From a virus (taxonomy: Duplodnaviria > Heunggongvirae > Uroviricota > Caudoviricetes), in IMG/VR virus record IMGVR_UViG_3300049215_000070: 42,276 nt of DNA; one strand, 5' to 3'. The position numbers and the translations under genes are program-made. Shown piece after piece: positions 33,647-42,026 of this stretch. The notes under the pieces are model-generated. The model did no database searches. It had not been told where the DNA came from and saw nothing but the letters and a program-made list of their open reading frames with translations. Numbering within the stretch: the first letter of the stretch is position 1; each line of letters begins with the position of its first letter.

Positions 33647-34449
33647 CAACGATTATTGCGACTAAGAATGACTTTGCTGATTCTGCTGGACACTGGTATT
33701 GCGCCAAGACAGGCGAGCCTCGATACACCGTCGTTGGCGCTAACGGCAAAGTCAGGAACACCACCCTGGCCGACGCCCGCAAACTGAATTTTTTTCCCAG
33801 CGTGACAACCATCGCCAAGGTTGAGGCCAAGCCAGCCTTGACGAATTGGTTGGTACAACAAGGCATGATGGCGTGCCTGACGCTGCCGCGCCTCGCGGGC
33901 GAGGACGACACGCAGTTCATCAAGCGTGCGCTCGAAGACTCCAAGCAGCAGGTGTACAAGGCCGCAGAGCGCGGCACCTACCTGCACGGGCTGATGGAGA
34001 AGTCCATGGAGATCGGACTGCTGACGTGCGACGCCAGCGCTGAGGGTGCCGAGTACGTGCTGCCGCTGCTGCAGTGGATCTGGGACAACTTCCCGGGCTA
34101 CCGGTGGCACACCGAGAAAAGTTTCGCGCATCCTGAGCTAAAGTTTGGCGGCAAGGTCGACTTGCATGGTACGCATGAGACGCTTCCTCCGGTGGTGCTG
34201 GACTACAAGTTCAAAGATTTCAAGGATGCCGACAAGAAACTGGCCTACCCTGAGCATTGCAGCCAGCTGTGCGCCTATGCTGTGGGGTTGGATTTTCCGG
34301 TCGTTCCGTCGCGGCTCATTAACATCTTCGCGTCCTCGACTAAGCCTGGGATGTTCACCATCAAGGAATGGGACCGCGAAGATAAAGAGTACGCATGGCG
34401 CGCATTCCGTGCGATGCTGGATCTGTGGCAGGCCAGGAGCAAATTTTGA
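33643..34449 (+). CDS. PD-(D/E)xK exonuclease (RecB/Cas4-like)
   Basis: PSVTT, RGT.LH, E.......GG.VD......DYK, Q..AY. Confidence 0.88.
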   Translation: MTTIIATKNDFADSAGHWYCAKTGEPRYTVVGANGKVRNTTLADARKLNFFPSVTTIAKVEAKPALTNWLVQQGMMACLTLPRLAGEDDTQFIKRALEDSKQQVYKAAERGTYLHGLMEKSMEIGLLTCDASAEGAEYVLPLLQWIWDNFPGYRWHTEKSFAHPELKFGGKVDLHGTHETLPPVVLDYKFKDFKDADKKLAYPEHCSQLCAYAVGLDFPVVPSRLINIFASSTKPGMFTIKEWDREDKEYAWRAFRAMLDLWQARSKF

Positions 34450-34694
34450 CCGACGTCATCTATATCGAGAGAAACGGCGGCTGGATGTTCAAGGGAATGA
34501 CCGACAAAGGAAAGCACGAGATGTGCGTCATGCTTGGAGTTCCCGCCGGATTGCAGGCCGAGGTGTTTCTTGAGGCAAAAAACCTGGGCGCAACCGTCGA
34601 GCGGATGACCGGTATGGGTTTGAAGGTTGAGGTTCACGGCGCGAAGCCAAAAGAGAGGCCAAGGATTGATTTGTCAAAATACATGGAGATCTGA
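34446..34694 (+). CDS. Hypothetical protein (TTG start)
   Basis: TTGA overlap; AGGAG upstream. Confidence 0.55.
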   Translation: MTDVIYIERNGGWMFKGMTDKGKHEMCVMLGVPAGLQAEVFLEAKNLGATVERMTGMGLKVEVHGAKPKERPRIDLSKYMEI

Positions 34695-34877
34695 ATGCTA
34701 CAATACGATATGAACGGAGCAATCGACATCCTCAAAGAACAACCCTCGCAAGGTCAGCGGGTGCTCGTGGAGATGCTTGACGGAAAAGTTAGGATCGCTA
34801 CCTACGACAAGTATGATTACCAATTGTGGCCGGTGAAAGAGTGGAAGCCAATTCCTAGTGAGCAACGACAACCATAA
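34695..34877 (+). CDS. Hypothetical protein (60 aa)
   Basis: GGAG SD; abuts upstream stop. Confidence 0.55.
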   Translation: MLQYDMNGAIDILKEQPSQGQRVLVEMLDGKVRIATYDKYDYQLWPVKEWKPIPSEQRQP

Positions 34878-35190
34878 GATTTTCCGAGAGTGCGGAACCG
34901 GCTGGGAGAGACTAATAGCGCCGCTCATCAAGAGATGCACGGAGCTTGGCGGCACGGTCGAGCAGGTGAAGGAAAAGTTTGGTCGCCTGAGGTTCTACTA
35001 CTACCCTGGTGAACCGGGCACAGACGCGCAATGGGAGGCGTTCGAGGATGCCGTCAACCAGGCATGCACCGACAGCGGTCACACCTGTGAGATGTGCGGC
35101 AAACGAGGGCTGCTGATGATAAAAGGGCGCTGGTACAAGACACTTTGCGCTGAGCATTCAAAAGATCTGGGCTACAAGGACAAAGCATAA
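34858..35190 (+). CDS. Conserved phage protein with QxKEKFGxLRFY and CExCG...TLC..H motifs
   Basis: Recognisable motif set widespread in phages; function unknown. Confidence 0.75.
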   Translation: MSNDNHKIFRECGTGWERLIAPLIKRCTELGGTVEQVKEKFGRLRFYYYPGEPGTDAQWEAFEDAVNQACTDSGHTCEMCGKRGLLMIKGRWYKTLCAEHSKDLGYKDKA

Positions 35191-35600
35191 TGATTACGAT
35201 TGAGCAACATATTCAGACGCTGTATGACGGGAAATTTGCGGGCGACGCCCGGCACCCACTGAAAACCGGTGAAAAGGGTTTTCTGCTCGAATTGACTCCA
35301 GTCTCAAACAATCCGAATTTTGCGCCGCGCCGTCGACTGGAGCTGCGCCCTCATCCGGTGCGCAAAGCCGGTACGCTGGAAGAGCTTTTGTTCGGCACCG
35401 TATTCGGTGATAGAACCGACGTAGAGGCTCTAGGCGTGGCGATTGTGACGGACGCCGCCGCCAATGGCCGGGGAAAAATAAAGACGCTCTGGGGCGACGA
35501 GGCGCGGCAGGCGCTCGAAGAATTGGGCTACCCCGAGCTGACCATGGACCTGGAAGGCTCCGACGAGGAATACATCAAGCCGGTATACGAAGGTGCCTGA
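35190..35600 (+). CDS. Hypothetical protein (136 aa)
   Basis: TAATG coupling. Confidence 0.65.
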   Translation: MITIEQHIQTLYDGKFAGDARHPLKTGEKGFLLELTPVSNNPNFAPRRRLELRPHPVRKAGTLEELLFGTVFGDRTDVEALGVAIVTDAAANGRGKIKTLWGDEARQALEELGYPELTMDLEGSDEEYIKPVYEGA

Positions 35601-35715
35601 GTGGCCCCAGGACTCCTGGGAGTGGTGGTGCGTTTCACGATTGGCTTGCATTGCAACCCTGGTCGCGTTAGGGTACGTAGTGTGGTACATCGTGGACGCA
35701 TTCAACGAGGATTAG
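35593..35715 (+). CDS. 40-aa single-TM peptide, not in the ORF track
   Basis: GTG start; MPEWPQDSWEWWCVSRLACIATLVALGYVVWYIVDAFNED. Confidence 0.45.
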   Translation: MPEWPQDSWEWWCVSRLACIATLVALGYVVWYIVDAFNED

Positions 35716-35718
35716 ATC

Positions 35719-35895
35719 ATGAAAAATGAGGTGATATACAGCACATGGAAGATTAGCCGGTTACCGGGTAACATCAAGATGCAAACCCGGCAGCGGTTTA
35801 TTCCGTTGCGCGATCCGTTGCTGATCGAGGAAATTGTGCTCGAATCCATGCCGCTGGAGCTGGAGCAGCCCGAGCGACTGATGCGGCGGCGCTGA
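35719..35895 (+). CDS. 58-aa hypothetical protein, not in the ORF track
   Basis: GAGGA SD 7 nt upstream; MKNEVIYSTWKISRLPG...; followed by a TGATG-coupled 27-aa hydrophobic ORF (35895-35978). Confidence 0.55.
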   Translation: MKNEVIYSTWKISRLPGNIKMQTRQRFIPLRDPLLIEEIVLESMPLELEQPERLMRRR

Positions 35896-36097
35896 TGCTG
35901 CGCGTGATCGCTGTCTGTCTTTGGTTTACGGGCAATCCCCAGGCCGCGCTGTGGTGCTTTTTGTTGCAATGGGTCTGATGGGGATAAAAGAAAACCCGGG
36001 TCCATGGGGAAATGGCCCGGGTTATTCGTACCGCTCGACTGGCGGCGTCTCAGGTGGGATGCTGCAGCGAGTACCATTGTATCACAAGGGGAATTTG

Positions 36098-37750
36098 ATG
36101 ACGATTACAATTGGCGCCGCCGACCTGGCCGCATTGAACGCCGGGCAGCCCGTTACGCTGCAGGGCGCCACGGTTCCGAAGCCAAACCCGCTTACTATAT
36201 CGGGATTTTCACCAAATACGGGCGGCATCGGCACGCAGTTCGTCATTAACGGCACCGGATTTACGGGTGCCACGGGCGTCAAGATCGGCGGATTGACTTT
36301 CCCGCCTACCAAGATCGTCTCGGATTCGCAACTAGTAGCCACCGTCCCCGCGGGCGCGGTAACCGGCAACATCGCGGTTTTGAACGCGACCACCACGGCA
36401 TTCGATAACAGCCTGTTTGCGGTGACCGCAGTGGCTGCGCCGCCGCCGGTCACGACGCCTCCTGTAACAACGCCGCCGGTCATCCCGGGCAGCGGATTGA
36501 CGCCGAGCACCAGCGTCCCGGCGCGCACGATTACGCCGCTGACGCCGCCCGCTGGCATGAAGTCGATTACTGTCAAGGGCAAGGATTTTGTCGACGGCAA
36601 CGGCAACGTCGTGGTGCTGAATGGCGTGAACCTTACGGGCTTAGAGAACACCGCGATCCAGGGCTGGGACGGCTCGAATTATTGGGGTGATTCAGGATTC
36701 CCCGGTCTGCCGCCGGTTGCGCTTTTGAAACTGTGGAACGTCAACTTTGTGCGCGTGCCGTACAACAGCTCAAGCGTGCTTGGAACGGTGTGCGTCGACG
36801 GCACCGGCAAGAAAATCATACCCGCCGACCCTGCAGGCATTTACTTCAGCATCATGGACCAGATGATGATGACGTACACCGCCGCCGGTCTGTACATCGA
36901 GTTGGAGGAGCACTGGAACGCGCCGTTTCTGAAGACCATTCCTGGCTACCCCAATGGGGCGTTTCTTGCTCCCGAGGGGCAGGGGCAGTTTTCCGACGCG
37001 CAAACAAGTGCGCCCGCGGCGGCTCAGCTCGCGCAGCGATACAAGAATTTCAAGAACCTTTTGATGGGCTGCTTCAACGAGCCTGACCTGGACGGCTTTG
37101 GTCCGACGGTTCCGGCGGACGTAGGAGTTTGCCAGCGGGACGGCGGCACCTGCGCGCGGTTCATCAATAACACCGACGCCGGGGCGGATTACACCATCAC
37201 CGAGACCTGGGAGGTGTGCGGGTTCCAGACAAAAATCAACGCGATACGGAACGCCGGGTTCACTGGGCCGATATCGGTATCAGACCGCAACTGGGCGCAA
37301 GACTTGTCCGCGTGGCTTAAGTACAAGCCCACCGACCCATTGAACAACATATTCGCCGACTGGCATTTTTACCCGGACAACGGGCAGCCGTTCAACTCCG
37401 CGGCGTACGCTCTCGGTAACTTTGGCGCGCCAGGGTCACAGAGCGCGACATCCGGCGTCACCGGTACGTGTTACGAGTGGGCGCAAAACATCCTGGCCGC
37501 TGGGTACCCTGTGTTCATCACCGAATACGGTGGTCAGAACAGCGCGGGCAGCCCGCCGGATAACTTCGTGGCCGGGGCGCTGGCGTTTGCCAAGGCAAAC
37601 GGCATCAGCACCGCCGCCTGGGCGTTCTGCGTCACCGGCTCGGCGAACAACAACCTGCTGAAGAACACCAACGGCGACCCGTGCGACGGCTTCCCGCTTC
37701 AGGTAAAGGCCTACCTGACCAGTTTGCCGCCCGTAGCATATAGCAGTTGA
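36098..37750 (+). CDS. IPT/TIG domain + Pro/Thr linker + glycoside hydrolase family 5 (cellulase-type) catalytic domain
   Basis: ATG 36098 with AAGGGG SD; ISGFSP..G..GT...I.GTGF; G..FVD.NG..V.L.GVN, N.VRVP, FNEP (acid/base), WHFY, PVFITEYG (nucleophile). Confidence 0.88.
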   Translation: MTITIGAADLAALNAGQPVTLQGATVPKPNPLTISGFSPNTGGIGTQFVINGTGFTGATGVKIGGLTFPPTKIVSDSQLVATVPAGAVTGNIAVLNATTTAFDNSLFAVTAVAAPPPVTTPPVTTPPVIPGSGLTPSTSVPARTITPLTPPAGMKSITVKGKDFVDGNGNVVVLNGVNLTGLENTAIQGWDGSNYWGDSGFPGLPPVALLKLWNVNFVRVPYNSSSVLGTVCVDGTGKKIIPADPAGIYFSIMDQMMMTYTAAGLYIELEEHWNAPFLKTIPGYPNGAFLAPEGQGQFSDAQTSAPAAAQLAQRYKNFKNLLMGCFNEPDLDGFGPTVPADVGVCQRDGGTCARFINNTDAGADYTITETWEVCGFQTKINAIRNAGFTGPISVSDRNWAQDLSAWLKYKPTDPLNNIFADWHFYPDNGQPFNSAAYALGNFGAPGSQSATSGVTGTCYEWAQNILAAGYPVFITEYGGQNSAGSPPDNFVAGALAFAKANGISTAAWAFCVTGSANNNLLKNTNGDPCDGFPLQVKAYLTSLPPVAYSS

Positions 37751-37797
37751 CCCTGCTACTTGGGCGTGCCATGATCCGTCCCAGGTAACCACTGGAG
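37747..37797 (+). promoter_or_regulatory. Early cassette promoter P1: TTGACC-N17-CATGAT, followed by ACTGGAG SD
   Basis: Exact 17-nt spacer; -35 overlaps the GH5 stop codon. Confidence 0.55.
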
Positions 37798-37803
37798 ACG
37801 GAC

Positions 37804-38187
37804 ATGACAAATCAGGATCAGGTTAATTTTTTCAAAGAAATTTTTAATCATGCGTACGCTGCCGGTGTATCAGCCGCTGACGCCGCCCAAGTCGATACCA
37901 TGCGCGTTATCGAGACAGACGTTCTGGGAAGGACTCTCCCGGGTGCGGTGCCGTCCGCCCCTTTCGAGCCGTGCGGATTTGCCTGGGTGAACATCAAAGG
38001 CACCACCGCCTTCGCTCGCTGGGTCAAAAAGGAAGGCTACTTCCGCAAGGCGTACGGCCCCGGGCTGCAGTACTGGGTGAGCTACGGTGAGCAGTCGATG
38101 GGCCGGAAAGAGGCGTTTGCTGAGGCGTTTGCCAAGATTCTGCGCGATAACGGGATCGAGGCCAGCACGGGCAGCAGGATGGATTGA
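37804..38187 (+). CDS. Conserved phage protein (CGFAWV...QS..RKEA.A.AFA..L...GI...SRMD family)
   Basis: Recognisable motif; function unknown. Confidence 0.8.
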   Translation: MTNQDQVNFFKEIFNHAYAAGVSAADAAQVDTMRVIETDVLGRTLPGAVPSAPFEPCGFAWVNIKGTTAFARWVKKEGYFRKAYGPGLQYWVSYGEQSMGRKEAFAEAFAKILRDNGIEASTGSRMD

Positions 38188-38195
38188 AAAAAAGC

Positions 38196-38250
38196 TTGCA
38201 AGGATCATGGGGGTGTGCAATGATACACCCACTGATCAAACCAACTGGAG
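38196..38250 (+). promoter_or_regulatory. Early cassette promoter P2: TTGCAA-N17-AATGAT, followed by ACTGGAG SD
   Basis: A-tract UP element; GGGTGT/ACACCC inverted repeat flanks the -10. Confidence 0.5.
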
Positions 38251-38256
38251 AATGAG

Positions 38257-38499
38257 ATGAGCGACCAGAACCGAATCGAAGAACTACAGCAAGCCCTTGA
38301 AGCCGAACTTGCCGCCAAAGTTGTGCAGGTGAGCGTCAAGAACGTCTACGGCAACCTGATGGTGTACCCCGCCAACCAGGTCGCGCATGACTTGGCCGAC
38401 CTGCTGGGGGTCAAAACCTTCACCAACAAGGCTCGCGACCAGCTGAAGAAACTGGGCTACGAGTTTGTGAGAGTAAACAACGACGGGGTGAAATTATGA
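38257..38499 (+). CDS. Hypothetical protein (80 aa)
   Basis: GGAG SD; K.VYG....YP.N..A......L.G.KT pattern common in phage early genes. Confidence 0.7.
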   Translation: MSDQNRIEELQQALEAELAAKVVQVSVKNVYGNLMVYPANQVAHDLADLLGVKTFTNKARDQLKKLGYEFVRVNNDGVKL

Positions 38500-38618
38500 A
38501 AAAATACATTTTTTTGCCAACGGTCGCGCCTATAGCCGCGCCGTTTGGATGCCGGGTGTTGAGCGTACTTGCGAGCGCAAACGATAATACATCAAAGGAA
38601 AATGAGACAAACACATGA
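38496..38618 (+). CDS. 40-aa mini-ORF, not in the ORF track
   Basis: ATGA overlaps at both ends. Confidence 0.4.
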   Translation: MKKYIFLPTVAPIAAPFGCRVLSVLASANDNTSKENETNT

Positions 38619-39175
38619 AATACGAATTTACTGGTGAGACGAAAGATTTTAACGGCATCACGCTGAAACGTATTCGCGCGGTAACCGCCTTTGGCGCTAT
38701 CGCGGTGGGTACCGTTGGCGGATGGATTCAAAGCGAAAATAACCTGGAGCAGGTCTGCGGCAATGCGTGGGTCTACGGCGATGCGTGGGTCTACGGCGAT
38801 GCGCGGGTCTACGGCGATGCGCAGGTCTGCGGCGATGCGCAGGTCTACGGCGATGCGCAGGTCTGCGGCGATGCGCAGGTCTACGGCAATGCGTGCGTCT
38901 ACGGCAATGCGCGGGTCTACGGCAATGCGGATTTGCTGCTTATTGGACCTATTGGATCGCGCCGCGCGTACCTTACGGTGCACGCCGATTCAAAGCTGTC
39001 GGTACGCTACTCGACCGGATGCTTTAGCGGCACTAGAGCGCAGCTTGTGGCAGCGGTTAAGAAAACCCACAAGCCGTCGACGCTGTACGCCAAACAATAT
39101 GCGGCGGCGCTGGCAGCGGCCAAGATTTGCGTCAATGGATTGAAAATCCCTAAGCAAGTGAAGGATGAAAAATGA
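38615..39175 (+). CDS. Hexapeptide-repeat (GDAxVY) left-handed beta-helix protein
   Basis: L.RIRA....G.......GG.I..E.NL N-terminus; nine G[DN]A.V[YC] repeats; C-terminal GCF.GT. Confidence 0.85.
   Translation: MKYEFTGETKDFNGITLKRIRAVTAFGAIAVGTVGGWIQSENNLEQVCGNAWVYGDAWVYGDARVYGDAQVCGDAQVYGDAQVCGDAQVYGNACVYGNARVYGNADLLLIGPIGSRRAYLTVHADSKLSVRYSTGCFSGTRAQLVAAVKKTHKPSTLYAKQYAAALAAAKICVNGLKIPKQVKDEK
38750..38929 (+). repeat. 18-bp coding tandem repeat, nine full units plus partial flanks
   Basis: ggc(g/a)atgcg(t/c)(g/a)(g/c)gtct(a/g)c units from 38759 to 38920. Confidence 0.95.
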
Positions 39176-39285
39176 AAAACAAAGACATCATCGATTACAT
39201 GCGCCCTGCAGAATGGGTAGTCGCCTTGTCGGTTTTCGGTATTATTATAATGTGGGTTGTCATAGGGAGCGTGGTGTTGCGATGA
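39172..39285 (+). CDS. 37-aa single-TM peptide, not in the ORF track
   Basis: ATGA overlaps at both ends; MKNKDIIDYMRPAEWVVALSVFGIIIMWVVIGSVVLR. Confidence 0.55.
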   Translation: MKNKDIIDYMRPAEWVVALSVFGIIIMWVVIGSVVLR

Positions 39286-39506
39286 GGTACGCCTACAAGG
39301 CCGGACCAGACGTAATTGCCAAGGTGCAGGCCTGGGACGCGGAGCGCCGCAAGCTAGGTAAAGTGGACGACGCCGTCACCCGTTGGCGAGCCGAGCGCAG
39401 GCGCATCGGTATGCCCAAAAAGGTCGCATCTGAACTTGGCGTGTCATTGACCACGTTATACTCGATACTCAAAAACGGAAGCACGCTGAAAAAGGACAGA
39501 AGGTAA
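39282..39506 (+). CDS. Small HTH DNA-binding protein
   Basis: C-terminal PKKVASELGVSLTTLYSILK HTH; start at ATG 39282. Confidence 0.65.
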   Translation: MRYAYKAGPDVIAKVQAWDAERRKLGKVDDAVTRWRAERRRIGMPKKVASELGVSLTTLYSILKNGSTLKKDRR

Positions 39507-39510
39507 TCCA

Positions 39511-39717
39511 ATGGACCCGGTTCCAGAGATCGACCCCAAAAAGCTATTCGAGCAAGCCGACAAGGTTCTTAACCAGCTGGCTAGGCTTACGGACGCGGTG
39601 CTGCAGTCCATGAAATCCTATCACTGCGACCCGGCGGTTAGGATTCAAGCCGGGAACGCGGTGCAGCTGATAGTGAGCCTGAGAAAAAGTGTTGACACAG
39701 CCAATCAGGGCGCGTAA
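39511..39717 (+). CDS. Hypothetical helical protein (68 aa)
   Basis: AAGG SD. Confidence 0.55.
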   Translation: MDPVPEIDPKKLFEQADKVLNQLARLTDAVLQSMKSYHCDPAVRIQAGNAVQLIVSLRKSVDTANQGA

Positions 39718-39744
39718 GGTACGCACATCGAAAACTGACTGGAG
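39692..39744 (+). promoter_or_regulatory. Early cassette promoter P3: TTGACA-N17-TAAGGT, followed by ACTGGAG SD
   Basis: Consensus -35, 17-nt spacer, short inverted repeat gcgt/acgc around the -10. Confidence 0.65.
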
Positions 39745-39752
39745 ATGAAATC

Positions 39753-39971
39753 ATGAAGTTCCACGGCGACGTTCGTCCCTTGAGTCACGACGACCAATAC
39801 ATGGGCGTGGTCTTCGAGGGCGACATTGACGACGCGATACAGCAGGCGAAGCAATCGCCCAACCACGGCACCATGCCGCTGCACGGTGAAGCTGCCAAAT
39901 TTTTTTGGCTCAACCGCATGAGCCGCGACCGCATCGCGCTGCTGCAGCACCTAAACCTGATGCCGTCATGA
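39753..39971 (+). CDS. Hypothetical protein (72 aa)
   Basis: GGAG SD. Confidence 0.6.
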   Translation: MKFHGDVRPLSHDDQYMGVVFEGDIDDAIQQAKQSPNHGTMPLHGEAAKFFWLNRMSRDRIALLQHLNLMPS

Positions 39972-40243
39972 TAAGCGACCCTGGATTCTGGGGTCTTGAG
40001 TACGCCCAACGCCGGGGCTGGGTACCGGCCAAACCAAAGGAAAATGAAGTGAAATATCAGATCAGAAAAGAAAACAACAGCGTAGACCCATCGATGGTTA
40101 TGTTTAACATTTACAAACTAAGCCCGAAGCCGCTTTACCTGACCGGCTTTGGTACACTTGAAGCGGCCATGAAAAATCTTGAAAAAATCATAAAACCCGC
40201 CAGCGAGGTAGTGTACGAGATCGAGGTGCCAGATGTTACCTAA
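39968..40243 (+). CDS. Hypothetical protein
   Basis: ATGA overlap at 39968; alternative internal GTG start. Confidence 0.55.
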   Translation: MISDPGFWGLEYAQRRGWVPAKPKENEVKYQIRKENNSVDPSMVMFNIYKLSPKPLYLTGFGTLEAAMKNLEKIIKPASEVVYEIEVPDVT

Positions 40244-40478
40244 GGAGTGCGCGGGCGTTCAGCTTTCGGGAAAGCGCCGCGGGGCGCCTTGCCAGGCTCG
40301 ACCGGTGTACCAGGTGAGAAACAAGCATTACTGCGTCCCTCACAGCGCCATAGCCGCCAAGGAGCCGCACAAGTTCCGCGAGGCTATAGAGACCAGCGTC
40401 CGGCGCATCGCCCGCCAGGTAGCCTCTGAGCGCGCCATGGCACGGCAGATCGACGCGTTTGAAGAGGCGTCACCATGA
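40233..40478 (+). CDS. Small putative Zn-binding protein (C...C...C..H)
   Basis: GAGGTG SD; CAG...G.PC......YC..H. Confidence 0.55.
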   Translation: MLPKECAGVQLSGKRRGAPCQARPVYQVRNKHYCVPHSAIAAKEPHKFREAIETSVRRIARQVASERAMARQIDAFEEASP

Positions 40479-40819
40479 GCGCCATCATTTGGCGATATCT
40501 GCCCAGGTTTTTCGCTCGAAAGCGTAGCCTGTCGGGACCGGAGACTATTGAGGTTTGCGCGCAGGCAGACCTAAAGCCCCACGTCGGTATGCCCGCCACG
40601 CACCACATCGGCAGCGACAGCTACGGCGGAGAAATCATCGCGGTCAGCACGACCGGGCACCGCGTGACCTGGCAACGGATCGACGCCAACGGCAACTCCA
40701 ATCGCGTTTTTGTCAAGGAGTACTCACGCCGCCGCGACGGCAGTTACGTGGCTATCGGCAGTAAGTACGGCACCCTGGAACTGGGGATTGCCCGCACCGT
40801 GTTGGACGAGGGGTTTTAA
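40475..40819 (+). CDS. Hypothetical protein (114 aa)
   Basis: GAGG SD; ATGA overlap. Confidence 0.65.
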   Translation: MSAIIWRYLPRFFARKRSLSGPETIEVCAQADLKPHVGMPATHHIGSDSYGGEIIAVSTTGHRVTWQRIDANGNSNRVFVKEYSRRRDGSYVAIGSKYGTLELGIARTVLDEGF

Positions 40820-40912
40820 AATTGTGACAACTATTGTTATGAGGCGACGGCATCGCGTGGATACTACGTGTTCACGCCGCAATGAACAGCAAGATATTGA
40901 GCTGGATCAACG

Positions 40913-40921
40913 TGCTATAAT
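40913..40921 (+). promoter_or_regulatory. Extended -10 promoter TGcTATAAT upstream of the terS-like gene (candidate late promoter)
   Basis: Perfect TGnTATAAT at 40913-40921 without a properly spaced -35. Confidence 0.5.
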
Positions 40922-40953
40922 GGCGCTCCCTCATCAGCATAAGGCTAGCCTTC

Positions 40954-41592
40954 ATGGCAAGCGACAACACCCCTGGCAACGATTCAACCAGTTCAAGCGC
41001 CCCGATCAGTTACGTGGAGGAGCTGAACCAGCGGCATCAGCGGTTCATAGCTCTGGGTGGAAAGCGCGACCTGCAGATGGACATGAAGGGCTGGACCCCG
41101 CTCAAGGATCTGGTCACGGACCTGCACCGCAAAATCGTATTCGACCTGTCAGCGTCCGGCCTCAGCAACGAGGACGTGGCCGCGGTCGTCGGGATATCGA
41201 AGGAGAGGCTTCAGGAGCTGTTCAAGGTCGAGATCGCGACAGCGTACCAGCTGTGCCACGCGAGCCTGTCACGGAGCCTGTACTACCAGGGAATCGCCGG
41301 GGACGAGAAGGCCGCGACAAATTGGCTGAAGTATCACAACCGCTCGAAGTGGGCGGCGAAGCAGCAGGTGTCCGGCGACCCAGACGGCGCGCCAATAAAG
41401 ACCGAGGACGCGTCATCCAAGACGCTGCTGAACGCGCTGCTTCAGGGTATGATGACGGACCCCGATCTTAAGGGCGCAAACAAGGAGGTAAAACGACCAG
41501 AATCTCATGAAAAAACCGCTCCTGTCAAGAGCGCGAAAAAAACTGGCAAGACCAAGATCGTGAAAAAGGTAAGGAAGGAAATTAATGAATAG
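40954..41592 (+). CDS. Terminase small subunit-like protein
   Basis: HTH (LSNEDVAAVVGISKERLQELF), then A.....LY.....GD..A...WLK...R..W and G..G.PI, a typical TerS layout; Lys-rich tail. Confidence 0.65.
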   Translation: MASDNTPGNDSTSSSAPISYVEELNQRHQRFIALGGKRDLQMDMKGWTPLKDLVTDLHRKIVFDLSASGLSNEDVAAVVGISKERLQELFKVEIATAYQLCHASLSRSLYYQGIAGDEKAATNWLKYHNRSKWAAKQQVSGDPDGAPIKTEDASSKTLLNALLQGMMTDPDLKGANKEVKRPESHEKTAPVKSAKKTGKTKIVKKVRKEINE

Positions 41593-41773
41593 CTTGCATC
41601 ATCCGTGGCGCAAAAACTCGCCCAACTTTATTGTCCCGTCGAAGAAATCTAAGTCCGACAAAGTCGGCGTTACGATTCCGATAGAGTCAGTAACCCCTGA
41701 GGAATTTACCTGTATAATCCACGGTGTTCCCGCGCTCGCGGATCACAATTTGAGGAGAATGTCAGATGTTTAA
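41585..41773 (+). CDS. Hypothetical protein (62 aa)
   Basis: AAGGA SD; short overlaps with neighbours. Confidence 0.45.
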   Translation: MNSLHHPWRKNSPNFIVPSKKSKSDKVGVTIPIESVTPEEFTCIIHGVPALADHNLRRMSDV

Positions 41774-42026
41774 TTACACTCAAGATTTTAATTACACGCA
41801 AGATGACCCGCGAGACACCAACGGCGACCCAAAATTAAGCGAGAGCAAGCTCGACGTCCGCACCTCACAGCTTATCAACCAGCTGTATCACGAAATCGCG
41901 CGCCTGGAGCGTGCGGTAGACGATAGCTGTGAGCTGCTCGTGGAAGTTTTAGACGCGGAGGGTGAAGATCTCAACACGCTGCTTGGCAGAGTTCATCAGC
42001 ACCTGGCTATCCATTTCCTGAAATGA
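41766..42026 (+). CDS. Hypothetical protein (86 aa) with an N-terminal FNYTQD duplication
   Basis: GAGGAG SD; 18-bp tandem duplication at 41769-41804 (17/18 identical). Confidence 0.6.
   Translation: MFNYTQDFNYTQDDPRDTNGDPKLSESKLDVRTSQLINQLYHEIARLERAVDDSCELLVEVLDAEGEDLNTLLGRVHQHLAIHFLK

Noticed and set aside
35921-36097. ORF-track N-terminal extension of the GH5 protein, which would add a hydrophobic stretch resembling a signal peptide
   Set aside because: The GTG at 35921 lacks an SD and overlaps other small coupled ORFs, while ATG 36098 has an AAGGGG SD and begins a natural sequence.
38750-38929. Regular repeat array resembling CRISPR
   Set aside because: The 18-bp units are contiguous with no unique spacers, are in frame within a CDS encoding hexapeptide repeats, and no cas genes are present. 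The PD-(D/E)xK nuclease is a standard phage exonuclease.
41769-41804. 18-bp tandem duplication near terS as a possible pac or operator site
   Set aside because: It is an in-frame duplication of FNYTQD inside a CDS with only two copies, and no further matches were noticed.
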